Positions 1-8,942 of a stretch of 41,959 nucleotides of DNA are shown one piece after another. The stretch covers positions 1 through 41,959 of the IMG/VR virus record IMGVR_UViG_3300032300_000481; one strand, given 5' to 3'. Positions within the stretch are counted from its first letter, which is position 1; each line of letters opens with the position of its first letter. The stretch comes from a virus. Its lineage: Duplodnaviria; Caudoviricetes. The notes beneath the pieces are model-generated. The model made no database searches. It was not told the origin of the DNA and worked only from the letters and a program-made list of their open reading frames with translations. The position numbers and the translations under genes were made by a program.

Positions 1-444
1 AAATTATCCCAATACGATGTGAATGCGACAACTACGATTACCGCACAAGTAAGAGAGAGACAACTAGGCTGTCTCGCTAAGAATATATACTACGAAGCAG
101 GTGGTGAGCCCTTTGAAGGCAAAGTCGCTGTAGCACAGGTAACTATAAACCGCGTGAATAGCGGAAAGTTCCCCGACGATGTCTGCGGAGTGATATATCA
201 GAAGAACATATTCTATCAAAAGGTAGTTTGCCAATTCTCATGGGTTTGCGACCGTGTGTCGGCATTTGATCCCAAGAATAAAGCCAACTATGCAGAAAGT
301 ATGATTGCCGCACAAAAGGTGTTATTAGAGGAATATCGACTTCCCGGAATCAAGGACGCACTATATTATCATGCGGACTATGTAAATCCGGGATGGAAGA
401 AAGAGCAAGTAGCTAAAATTGGACGTCACATCTTTTACAAATAA
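1..444 (+). CDS. Cell wall hydrolase, SleB/Hydrolase_2 family (5'-truncated by window edge)
   Basis: Motifs CLAKNIYYEAGGEP..GKVAVAQVTINRV, CQFSW, ALYYHADYVNPGW and IGRHIFY. The frame is open from base 1, so the true start probably lies upstream of the window. Confidence 0.9.
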   Translation, partial: KLSQYDVNATTTITAQVRERQLGCLAKNIYYEAGGEPFEGKVAVAQVTINRVNSGKFPDDVCGVIYQKNIFYQKVVCQFSWVCDRVSAFDPKNKANYAESMIAAQKVLLEEYRLPGIKDALYYHADYVNPGWKKEQVAKIGRHIFYK

Positions 445-453
445 GGAAATATT

Positions 454-780
454 ATGAAAGCGTATTTTTTGAATAAAGCCAGCGATCTTCCTAAGCTCGT
501 TATTAAATTTTTCCAAGAACATCTTGGACAGGTCAGCTCACATACATTGGGGTGGATCACTATCATCTTGCTACATTTTGCCAGCATTCCCACATTGCTT
601 GCTGTACTAATGGCGCATAGTGACAGGTTGCCTCCTGTGGATATCATGGTTTTTGTATGGAGTGCGCTGTTGACCTTGTTCTTCAAGAGCTTGATCGAGA
701 AGAATTTCCTATATGTAGCTACGATTTGCTTGGGATTTGCCGCACAAACACTATTGATGGGTTTGATACTGTTCAAATAA
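454..780 (+). CDS. Small membrane protein (about 3-4 hydrophobic segments), function unknown
   Basis: AAGGA RBS before the ATG, several hydrophobic stretches, and tight packing between neighbouring genes. Confidence 0.7.
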   Translation: MKAYFLNKASDLPKLVIKFFQEHLGQVSSHTLGWITIILLHFASIPTLLAVLMAHSDRLPPVDIMVFVWSALLTLFFKSLIEKNFLYVATICLGFAAQTLLMGLILFK

Positions 781-783
781 ATA
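778..783 (+). promoter_or_regulatory. TAAATA late-promoter-like motif 5 nt before ATG 789
   Basis: TAAATA-attag-ATG. The motif overlaps the upstream stop codon and has the same spacing seen at other unit heads. Confidence 0.55.
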
Positions 784-788
784 ATTAG

Positions 789-1580
789 ATGCGAATACAA
801 GATCTATTAGAAAACGAAAATATCCCTCATCTATATCTCGATATGGATGGGGTTCAAGCCGACTTTTTCACACAGTGGGCACGTTGGTACTCTAAAAAAA
901 CTGGTAACCCGGACGTACAACGATACAAAGATATCGGAGATAAACAGGCCCGCGAACAAAGCATAGAGATGTTGAACAAAGAAGGTCCGGAGTTTATCGA
1001 ACAGTTCTTTGCTAATTTACCAGAACTTCCTGGGTTTAGTACATTGTTGGATTGGTTAAAGACTAACAATATACCGTTCACTATCTTAAGTGCTCCTCTA
1101 CGTGGTAACCACGAAGCTAGTATAGCAGGCAAGAGGGCATGGCTCGATGAGCATAATCCAGGTACTAGTGCCAACGCTATCTTCACTGGTATGAAGGAAA
1201 AGTATGCTACCAAAGGTGGTCAAAATGTTCTAGTTGATGATCACAAGAAATACATCGCCAGCTGGGAAGCCAAAGGTGGTATTGGTGTGCTACATAGAGA
1301 CAATAATGTCCAAGCTACTATCAATGCTCTTGAAAAGATTTATTTCGGAGATGAAGAACCCAAAGGCGACCTAGATCTAAATGAAAAGACCAGTCCTGAT
1401 GTTTGCCGTAGTCCAAAGCGTCTAGGTCGTAGTGACCACAGCAGTTGCGTATCACAAGGATTACGTGCACATCAAAGTAAAGGCAAAGGCCATACAGACG
1501 GTCACGGTAATTATCTCAAAGGCAAGAAAGCCAAGAGCGTTAAGTACGGCGGTAGTGTCAAAGACTACGACGGCAAGTAA
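789..1580 (+). CDS. HAD-family 5'(3')-deoxyribonucleotidase-like protein with a basic C-terminal extension
   Basis: HAD motif I LYLDMDGV, plus ILSAP, GKRAWL and VLVDDH..YIASWEAKGGIGVLH. An extra ~65-aa Lys/His/Gly-rich tail follows. Confidence 0.85.
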   Translation: MRIQDLLENENIPHLYLDMDGVQADFFTQWARWYSKKTGNPDVQRYKDIGDKQAREQSIEMLNKEGPEFIEQFFANLPELPGFSTLLDWLKTNNIPFTILSAPLRGNHEASIAGKRAWLDEHNPGTSANAIFTGMKEKYATKGGQNVLVDDHKKYIASWEAKGGIGVLHRDNNVQATINALEKIYFGDEEPKGDLDLNEKTSPDVCRSPKRLGRSDHSSCVSQGLRAHQSKGKGHTDGHGNYLKGKKAKSVKYGGSVKDYDGK

Positions 1581-2546
1581 TTAAATCTTTCTTTTAGAAA
1601 TAATTATATCTGTAGAACAATGACATTCTTTTTGCTCACAAATTTCAGGTTCAGTGGGCCATTGTATTAATTCGGATTGATTGACATTTCCTATAAATCT
1701 AGGATTTCCTTGCCTACAATTGGCTCTCTGTATCCTACCGTCGTAATGTATAAACAGACTTTCTAGTCCTATATCACATTCCCATCCTCGAAAATCGTTA
1801 AGTCCTGAATTGATAATATCAATAGTATCTGGACGGTCTGTCGTGGTTCCGTCATCCCAATGATAGTTACATCCCATCAATACCGGAGCCTTTCTTCTTT
1901 TTACGAATTTTAGTACAGCCCCAAAACTTAACTTTACAGACCTATGTGGATTTTCTAATATCCACTTATCCTGTTCGAGTGTATAATCTCTTCCTAGTGT
2001 ATTTCCTACACTCCAGTCTTGTAACCTTACAGCTTCAACACTGACGTCAGCTTGATTAACATAGTATTGATAAATTTCTACGCATCTGTCCCAGTAGCGA
2101 GTATCCATCATAACACGTACCGTTGTACTTGAATATTTGTTTGCCGCTTCAACTTTTTCTTTAAAATTAGGATCTTCAAAACTAGGATGAAAGCTAAAAC
2201 TAATTCCATTTATGTACGGACTGATCTCTTCATAGTACCGAGGGCTTCTAGCACCATTAGTGGTTACTGTGACTGTATTTCCTTTGTCGTGAAACATCTT
2301 AACTAATTCAGGTAAGTGAGGACTTAATGTAGGTTCTCCACCTGCGATACTGATGTTTATTTTTTTATGTCTTAACATTAGTTCATTGACAAACTTTTTG
2401 GCATTATCCCATTCATAATGATGATTTTTTCCATCATGTAGTCCTTTAGGACAATAACTACAGGCATTGGTACAGATATTGTTGATAACCCACGTTAACT
2501 GCATTACGTTGGGAACCTGGCTAATTCCTATTAGTTTCTTTGTCAT
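1581..2546 (-). CDS. Radical SAM protein with C-terminal Cys-rich auxiliary domain (type A)
   Basis: CTNACSYC, GGEPT and TTNG motifs; C-terminus WECDIG..C..CEQKECHCSTD. Confidence 0.9.
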   Translation of the reverse strand: MTKKLIGISQVPNVMQLTWVINNICTNACSYCPKGLHDGKNHHYEWDNAKKFVNELMLRHKKINISIAGGEPTLSPHLPELVKMFHDKGNTVTVTTNGARSPRYYEEISPYINGISFSFHPSFEDPNFKEKVEAANKYSSTTVRVMMDTRYWDRCVEIYQYYVNQADVSVEAVRLQDWSVGNTLGRDYTLEQDKWILENPHRSVKLSFGAVLKFVKRRKAPVLMGCNYHWDDGTTTDRPDTIDIINSGLNDFRGWECDIGLESLFIHYDGRIQRANCRQGNPRFIGNVNQSELIQWPTEPEICEQKECHCSTDIIISKRKI

Positions 2547-3898
2547 AATATGTCTTTAATAACACCACAGCGTGTTCTATTCCATACATCGTAGAAAGTT
2601 ACTTCAATCTCTGGATTTACTATATAAAGCTGTGATAGTATTTTGTATTGTTGTGCGTGACATTGATCATGTCCAAATATCATTTGTCCAGCATCGGTAC
2701 TGAATATGTTAGTTAAGTTCATCCATACTTTGTTGTAGTCTTGTATTATATCTAATAATCTAGTAGCATCCCTATACAAATCCACTTCTAAAAATTCAAC
2801 ATTTCTTTGTTTAAAATCTTGCCAATAAGTTATAAATGCTTCTTCATTCTCAAAGTGATTCCATAACTCATCTAAACCGTTTTGGAAACCTTGGTCTTCT
2901 GTAAAGGTTGAACTATGATGTCCAATCCATGTAAAATGATCACGATCTGGAAATTCTCTAATACAAGATAATAGATCATTATCCTTCCATTTGTGTAGAT
3001 GGTTGTACCATTTAAGAGCAACAGGATTAAAATCGTATATCAATATTTTTGTGTCAGCTGATACTCGTTGTGGCGTCTTAAATAAATCAAATAACTTAAA
3101 CCCACTAGCGGTGTTTACAACTAGATCGTATATTCCGTTGTTTCGAATATTCATATCTTCGGAGTTGAATAGCCATATTTGATCTTTAACAGATAGGCTA
3201 TCTCTAATCCATTTATCTTGATTCCAATTTTGTTCCGGAAAAGGTGTTAGTGTCTCTATACTGTTTAGGAATTGATCTGTATTATCTTCTGGGTAGATAT
3301 AAAATTTACTGAGTCTTAAACTTTCCGATAGTGTGATTATCGGCCATCTACCGTTCATCAGAGCAGACGCCAGTTTCCACCCTTGGCCTGCTCCTACTTG
3401 TTCTTTCAGTTCCCCGGTGGGTCTTATCCATAGCGGAGTATAGTCATGATGGAAGTTTTCTTCACTTCTCTCTATTACAGGCAGTAATTTAGGATTTTTG
3501 TCCCAATGACCAAACTCTGGCATACCTACTTCAGCCCATGCCTTTATATTAACGATAAAAAACTGATGATGTAATTCTAACCACCGATCGGGTTTACAAA
3601 GAGGATGTCCGGCAAACCCAAAATTGTTTTCGTTGATAAACTGATTGAGTTCGTTGACAAAATTATAATTACGGATCTGGCATCCAGCGGCGATGACTAC
3701 ACAATAATCAGATTGTTTATCTAATGCTTCTTTTAATATTTCATGTATTTGGTCTTTACATATGATCGTAAAAGGAGTTTGTCTACGTCTCTCGAGCCGC
3801 TCTAAATAAAAGAGACTAGCTCCTTTGGCTCTGATATACATTTTAGTATTCCTAATACGGTCACGTTGATTATATATTCCGTAAGAAATTTTAAGCAT
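2543..3898 (-). CDS. Unknown two-domain enzyme, paralog of 13849..15333 (possible GT-like N-domain plus SAM-binding-like C-domain)
   Basis: 451-aa ORF sharing the motifs LHHQFFIVN..W..G.PEF, DYTPLWI, ASGFK and YDFN with 13849..15333. Fold assignment is tentative. Confidence 0.6.
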   Translation of the reverse strand: MLKISYGIYNQRDRIRNTKMYIRAKGASLFYLERLERRRQTPFTIICKDQIHEILKEALDKQSDYCVVIAAGCQIRNYNFVNELNQFINENNFGFAGHPLCKPDRWLELHHQFFIVNIKAWAEVGMPEFGHWDKNPKLLPVIERSEENFHHDYTPLWIRPTGELKEQVGAGQGWKLASALMNGRWPIITLSESLRLSKFYIYPEDNTDQFLNSIETLTPFPEQNWNQDKWIRDSLSVKDQIWLFNSEDMNIRNNGIYDLVVNTASGFKLFDLFKTPQRVSADTKILIYDFNPVALKWYNHLHKWKDNDLLSCIREFPDRDHFTWIGHHSSTFTEDQGFQNGLDELWNHFENEEAFITYWQDFKQRNVEFLEVDLYRDATRLLDIIQDYNKVWMNLTNIFSTDAGQMIFGHDQCHAQQYKILSQLYIVNPEIEVTFYDVWNRTRCGVIKDIL

Positions 3899-4571
3899 TA
3901 TTTGTAAATCTTTCTATAGCTTGTTGTTTTAATTTTTGATTACCTGATCCGTGAACAATAAAATGATATCTATGTTCGTTAGATTGATTCCAAACAATAT
4001 GTTCATTACCAACATCTAACACAAACCCTTTACCTTGTTCGAAAGGCAACCGTCCCCATTTACGAAAATAAAAATCGCAGCCTTTAGGATTATTAATGGC
4101 GATATTCACTGGACCAAATTGTCTTCCTGAACCGTCTACGTGCGGCATTATGTATCCGCCCGCTGACAATTTCATAATACGAACACGATCATATCTTTCA
4201 TATCCTAATGATTTAATAAACTCTGAACAGGTAGGAAACATATCACACGCTTCTGTCCAGCGGTAGTTTGCTTCTTCTGCAGTTTTGTAACCATATTGAT
4301 CAAAGTGTTCTGTAAAGGTAGGACCAATTCCGTGTAATGTTAACGCAGCCCAACCTTCGTGATTGTAGCTAAAATGTCGATCTTTTTGCCTATGCCCTAC
4401 AAACATATGATCATTTGCTTGACATTCTTGATGCATTTTTTCAAAGTCTGCTGAAAATACCAAAGGAAACCAAGGCCAATCGGATTGATGTAAATTAGTA
4501 GGTATTGGAAGTTTAGGATACCATTGGTTAGTTAAACTTTCTTCTATAAATGATTCTAATATATCTTTCAT
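3891..4571 (-). CDS. 2OG-Fe(II) oxygenase, aspartyl/asparaginyl beta-hydroxylase-like
   Basis: RVRIMKLSAGGYIMPHVD (HxD) and distal HIVWNQSNEHRYH (His plus 2OG-binding Arg). Confidence 0.85.
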   Translation of the reverse strand: MKDILESFIEESLTNQWYPKLPIPTNLHQSDWPWFPLVFSADFEKMHQECQANDHMFVGHRQKDRHFSYNHEGWAALTLHGIGPTFTEHFDQYGYKTAEEANYRWTEACDMFPTCSEFIKSLGYERYDRVRIMKLSAGGYIMPHVDGSGRQFGPVNIAINNPKGCDFYFRKWGRLPFEQGKGFVLDVGNEHIVWNQSNEHRYHFIVHGSGNQKLKQQAIERFTNNA

Positions 4572-5548
4572 ACTATCTCAATGTCAATTGCCTGTTCTAT
4601 TTTTGAAAATACTTCTATGTTCCATTTTCTTCTTACTTCGCTATAAGGCACGACCCAATCTTCTGTATTGTTGTGGAATTTTAAAAAAGTGTCATCAAAT
4701 ACTACTGATCCTAAATAATATCTCCCCAAGGATAACGCTGATAAATCTCCTATCGGAACCTTAGATTTTAGATCAGGGGATAGTTCAGTATACCATTTCC
4801 AGAATCGAGACTCGGTAATTTTGTGTTGCGATCTATGATCGCAAAAATTTAACCAGGCTTCAGAACAAAATGTTTCTTGTAACTTAATTTGATTATTGGC
4901 GATTAATCTTATATCGTTGTCTAACATCGCATCTTTCCAATCTTTCCCTAAGGTGTTATATCCGAGATATAATTGTCCCCAACTGAAGTCAGTATCTAAG
5001 AATAATCTATCTTCTGGATTTATGGGATCACCTCTTTCAAAAGGATCATATTGAACTAGGCAACTAAAATGCGGAAAAAAACTAGGAGATAGGGCTGACT
5101 CTATAATATGTATATACTCATTGAGTTTTAACCATGCTCGATGAAAGTCTTCTTTAAAATATAATCCTGGCCATATATTTGGATCTCGGATCTCTCCCTG
5201 TTTAATTGGAAATGCGTTTTGGTGTCGTTCACCGTATAGCTCAAATTCTTCGTGTAAATGATTCAGTGCCTCGTCGGTAATTTCGGATACATTTCTAAAT
5301 AACGGTAACTGCTTGTCGTAGTATCGGTTTATCTTTTCGATGACCTCATTAATAGTGCTCATTAACTCGCCGAGATCTTTTGAAGTCTTGTTGCTAATTT
5401 TTAGTTCTAAGATATCCTTAGATTTTCGTCTGCGATTTACAATAGCTATCCATCGATCTAAAAGACTGGTAAATGCCAGCTTGTATCGTATTTTTAAAAT
5501 CTCTCCATTTTTTAATCTAAAGTGAAATATAGCATATCGTTGATTCAT
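4568..5548 (-). CDS. Hypothetical protein (326 aa)
   Basis: Long ORF heading a minus-strand unit, with TAAATA 5 nt upstream and an ATGA overlap with the next gene. His/Glu motifs LNHLHEEFE and LNEYIHIIES; no family recognised. Confidence 0.75.
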   Translation of the reverse strand: MNQRYAIFHFRLKNGEILKIRYKLAFTSLLDRWIAIVNRRRKSKDILELKISNKTSKDLGELMSTINEVIEKINRYYDKQLPLFRNVSEITDEALNHLHEEFELYGERHQNAFPIKQGEIRDPNIWPGLYFKEDFHRAWLKLNEYIHIIESALSPSFFPHFSCLVQYDPFERGDPINPEDRLFLDTDFSWGQLYLGYNTLGKDWKDAMLDNDIRLIANNQIKLQETFCSEAWLNFCDHRSQHKITESRFWKWYTELSPDLKSKVPIGDLSALSLGRYYLGSVVFDDTFLKFHNNTEDWVVPYSEVRRKWNIEVFSKIEQAIDIEIV

Positions 5549-5553
5549 GATGA

Positions 5554-5615
5554 TATTTAATCTATAGTATACGTATATCAGTATTTCTTGATTTAAAAAT
5601 TCAAAGCCTTAAATA
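5554..5615. promoter_or_regulatory. Divergent pair of TAAATA motifs
   Basis: TATTTA at 5554-5559 (5 nt from minus ATG 5548) and TAAATA at 5610-5615 (5 nt from plus ATG 5621). Confidence 0.65.
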
Positions 5616-5620
5616 TTGTC

Positions 5621-6928
5621 ATGCTTAAACTTAAATTAATACAGAAACTTAAAAAAATCTATACAAGATATCGACTAGGATATGATCCTATCAAACCACA
5701 AATTAGCCCAACTGTGTGTGCTGTTCCTTGGATGCATTTAAATTTTGAACCAAATGGTAAAGTTGTTCCATGCTGCTTAACCTCCACTTATAACTACTTT
5801 GCAGGAGACCTTAATAAGGAACCTATTGGAGAAATATGGAATAGTAAAAATATGAAAATCCTCCGTAAGGAAATGATGTGCGGAAAAGAACCTGAAATAT
5901 GCCATAAATGTTTTGACAAAGAGAAAGTAACAGGAGAGAGCGGAAGAGTACACCACAACAGAGAATTCCCCCATGTAATTAAGTCTATCCCTAACCTAAC
6001 ATTAGATGATGGATCTGTCACAGAAATGAATTTAAGATATTGGGATTTCCGTTTTAGTAATCTTTGTAATTTTAAATGTCGCAGTTGCGGCCCTAGATAT
6101 AGTTCAGCGTGGGTCCCGGACGCTAAGAAGCTAGGATGGAGAATAGAAGATGAAAAGGTTACTGCTATAAACGGAATTGAAAATAACACCAATTATGATT
6201 TCTTAGAGGATCAGATAGGAGTCGTTGAAAAAATTTACTTTGCTGGAGGAGAGCCGTTGCTCATGCCCGAGCATTGGCAAATACTAGAACTATTAGTTAA
6301 ACACAAAAGATTTGATGTAAGGTTAAGTTATAATACCAACGTATCCACATTAAATTATGGCGGAAAGAATGTAATTGATTATTGGAAACAATGGAATTTT
6401 GGCAAACTAGAAGTTTGGCCAAGTATTGATGAAATAGGTCCTAGAGCAGAATTGATTAGATCCGGAACCGTTTGGTCAAAAGTAGAAAACAATCTAATAG
6501 AACTATCTAAACTAGATAACATTATCCTCAGACCGGGAATTACTGTCGGTGCTATGAATATTTTTAGGCTTCCTGAGATAATTGAATATCTAAAAGACAT
6601 AGGAGTGTTAAAACAAAAACACAACTATAATAATTTTTACCTTAATTTACTAGAGCAACCGAGTCATTATCATGTTCATATTTTAGACGATAAATTTAGA
6701 GAACAGACAATACTTAAATTAGAAACATGGATCGCTAAATTTAATTTAGAAAATAATACTGATATATCATCAAAATTTACACAAATGCTACATGAACTCA
6801 GGAAACCTAGAGATTTGCATTCTTTGAAAAGATTTTTTCAGGTAACTGAACAGATAGACGGGATAAGAAATGAAAACACTTATGAAATCATTCCCGAACT
6901 AAAAAAATTATTAGATAATGAAAAATAG
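5621..6928 (+). CDS. Radical SAM protein with N-terminal twitch/SPASM-like domain (type B)
   Basis: N-terminal CAVPW-..-VVPCC..CHKC, followed by CNFKCRSC, FAGGEP, YNTN and SID motifs. Confidence 0.9.
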   Translation: MLKLKLIQKLKKIYTRYRLGYDPIKPQISPTVCAVPWMHLNFEPNGKVVPCCLTSTYNYFAGDLNKEPIGEIWNSKNMKILRKEMMCGKEPEICHKCFDKEKVTGESGRVHHNREFPHVIKSIPNLTLDDGSVTEMNLRYWDFRFSNLCNFKCRSCGPRYSSAWVPDAKKLGWRIEDEKVTAINGIENNTNYDFLEDQIGVVEKIYFAGGEPLLMPEHWQILELLVKHKRFDVRLSYNTNVSTLNYGGKNVIDYWKQWNFGKLEVWPSIDEIGPRAELIRSGTVWSKVENNLIELSKLDNIILRPGITVGAMNIFRLPEIIEYLKDIGVLKQKHNYNNFYLNLLEQPSHYHVHILDDKFREQTILKLETWIAKFNLENNTDISSKFTQMLHELRKPRDLHSLKRFFQVTEQIDGIRNENTYEIIPELKKLLDNEK

Positions 6929-7751
6929 CTTAAATGTTGTTGTTAGTGCTCCTATAGATGTTTGGCCTTATAGTTACCCAGATAATCCTAAATCATCTAT
7001 ATTACAGTTTGTTGGCCCTGACAATGAAGAACTATATCAGCGTAATTTAAAGAATCTTTCCCAAGATTGGATTTATAGAACTAAACCTGTAAACTATTCC
7101 TTTAACAGTAACAAGTTAAGAATGAAAAAAGATATTAAAGACGTGGGCGATTCTTACATTTTGTTTAGCGGGACTAGTTATACAATGGGTGTAGGGATAG
7201 ATGAAGAGTCGAGATTCTCAGAGAAGGTTAGCGAACAAGCAGGTTTAGATTTTATAAACTTTTCTGGCCCAACATACAGTATCAAAGTTCAAGCAATTTC
7301 TTTTTTTAATTTATTAAAAACAAACTATAAACTACCTAAAGTATTAGTGATGGAATATGCTCCAGAGATAGGGTATACATTTTATAATAACGGAAACTTT
7401 GTTTGTACAAACACACCGTTCTTGAAGCACTTAGAAGGTCACGACAAAATTACTAATGTTTACAAGTCATTGCTTGATACAGATTTTTTTATCCAAGAAG
7501 CAACATTGTATAGGAATATGTTAATTGGCACGTGTAAACGATTAGGAATTAAATTTGTTGAGCTTTCATTTAACACAACTGATCAGTTTGTTATTGACAA
7601 TAACATTATGGCTATAGATAGTGAATATAAAGGACACAACATCAGTATGGAATTAGCAAGAGATGTTAGATTACACGACGGCAACTATTCAGCACATCCT
7701 GGAACTAGTATACATCAAGGTATATCATCTCAAATATTGAAATTACTATGA
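6918..7751 (+). CDS. SGNH-fold hydrolase/acyltransferase-like protein
   Basis: Block I-like ILFSGTSYTMGVG, FINFSG, and C-terminal ARD...AHPG. Confidence 0.55.
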   Translation: MKNSLNVVVSAPIDVWPYSYPDNPKSSILQFVGPDNEELYQRNLKNLSQDWIYRTKPVNYSFNSNKLRMKKDIKDVGDSYILFSGTSYTMGVGIDEESRFSEKVSEQAGLDFINFSGPTYSIKVQAISFFNLLKTNYKLPKVLVMEYAPEIGYTFYNNGNFVCTNTPFLKHLEGHDKITNVYKSLLDTDFFIQEATLYRNMLIGTCKRLGIKFVELSFNTTDQFVIDNNIMAIDSEYKGHNISMELARDVRLHDGNYSAHPGTSIHQGISSQILKLL

Positions 7752-8398
7752 GCTCACTCACACTCTTCACTTCGGGTAGTACTAAAGAACCTAAGGAAAT
7801 ATCACATCCATGGACCAGTATTGAATCTTGTATACTACGTTCAATACAAGAAATTGGATTATCAAATCACGATACAGTCTTAGATATATTTCCAGGCAAT
7901 GTAATCGCACATTATACAGTGACAGCGTTCCCCGCAAAATACAGTGGAGCAAAACTAATTTCTGCGAATTTTGATCCTTACACGTACATGAATTTGTTTA
8001 ACAAATATCGACCTACTTACATTGCTCTTATTCCAAGACATTACGAAATACTATCAAAGACAAAAGGATGGGATGAGTTAGATATGAGTTGTGTTCGCTA
8101 CATGGTTACTGGCAGTAGTAGTATCACCCAAGAAATGATAAATTCATTTAAAAGCAAAGGAGTACAAACAGTTGCTAACTGGTACGGTATGACAGAAATG
8201 CCACCTCCTGTTTTTCTAGGCTACGATTCTGAATCATTTGATTTCACTCCTAAAAAAGGATTTACTGTTGAGTTTACTGAACAAGGAGAGTGTATTATTA
8301 ATGGTATGAAGACCGGCGATGTTTTTAATTTAAAAACTAAAAAATTTATGTATAGACAAGGATCCGTAAATGGACAGACCTGGAAAACTCAAATATAA
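7748..8398 (+). CDS. Truncated AMP-binding (ANL adenylation) enzyme
   Basis: FTSGSTKEPK (A3), NWYGMTE (A5) and KTGD (A7). Only 216 aa; it lacks the N-terminal subdomain and the C-terminal lid. Confidence 0.75.
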   Translation: MSSLTLFTSGSTKEPKEISHPWTSIESCILRSIQEIGLSNHDTVLDIFPGNVIAHYTVTAFPAKYSGAKLISANFDPYTYMNLFNKYRPTYIALIPRHYEILSKTKGWDELDMSCVRYMVTGSSSITQEMINSFKSKGVQTVANWYGMTEMPPPVFLGYDSESFDFTPKKGFTVEFTEQGECIINGMKTGDVFNLKTKKFMYRQGSVNGQTWKTQI

Positions 8399-8942
8399 AC
8401 AGTTAACAGACATAGATATTCCAGCCATAGAAGATTTTTGTGAGCAGTGTAGAAAATTAGGTTGGCAAAATAATTCGTCTCTAGCTGCTATGAAGTTCGA
8501 TAAAGCCACATTCTTTGCAGGATTTGACGAAGACAAAATTGTATCTTTAGCGGGATGTCATCGATTACCCGAAGTTAACGAAAATGCTTGGAGATGTTTA
8601 TTTCGAGGGGCACAGCTCCCTGGATATACCCCAGAATGGAGCAGAAACATACTCAAAAGTGCAATAGGTGTTAGTCAACTGTTGTATATGCAAATAAAAT
8701 ATATACAGGAAATAGAAAATAATTACGAAATATTCATAAGCACAAATATAAATTCAGATACCGGTGGAAAAAGTTCTAGGATGAACAATGTAATAATGCC
8801 AATGGTAGCTAAACAGGGTTATTGGGACCTTTACCTAGAGAACTTTATGTTAAATAATGTTCTACAAAATATTTGGAAAGTTAATGTTCCTTGTTACATG
8901 TCAGCAAGAGAAGAGTGGCTATCTAGTATTTTGTTGAAATAG
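8370..8942 (+). CDS. Putative GNAT-like acyltransferase
   Basis: GNAT-like pattern YKQLTDIDIPAIEDF..FFAGFDEDKIVSLAG..RCLFRGAQLPGY. Assignment is tentative. Confidence 0.45.
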   Translation: MDRPGKLKYKQLTDIDIPAIEDFCEQCRKLGWQNNSSLAAMKFDKATFFAGFDEDKIVSLAGCHRLPEVNENAWRCLFRGAQLPGYTPEWSRNILKSAIGVSQLLYMQIKYIQEIENNYEIFISTNINSDTGGKSSRMNNVIMPMVAKQGYWDLYLENFMLNNVLQNIWKVNVPCYMSAREEWLSSILLK

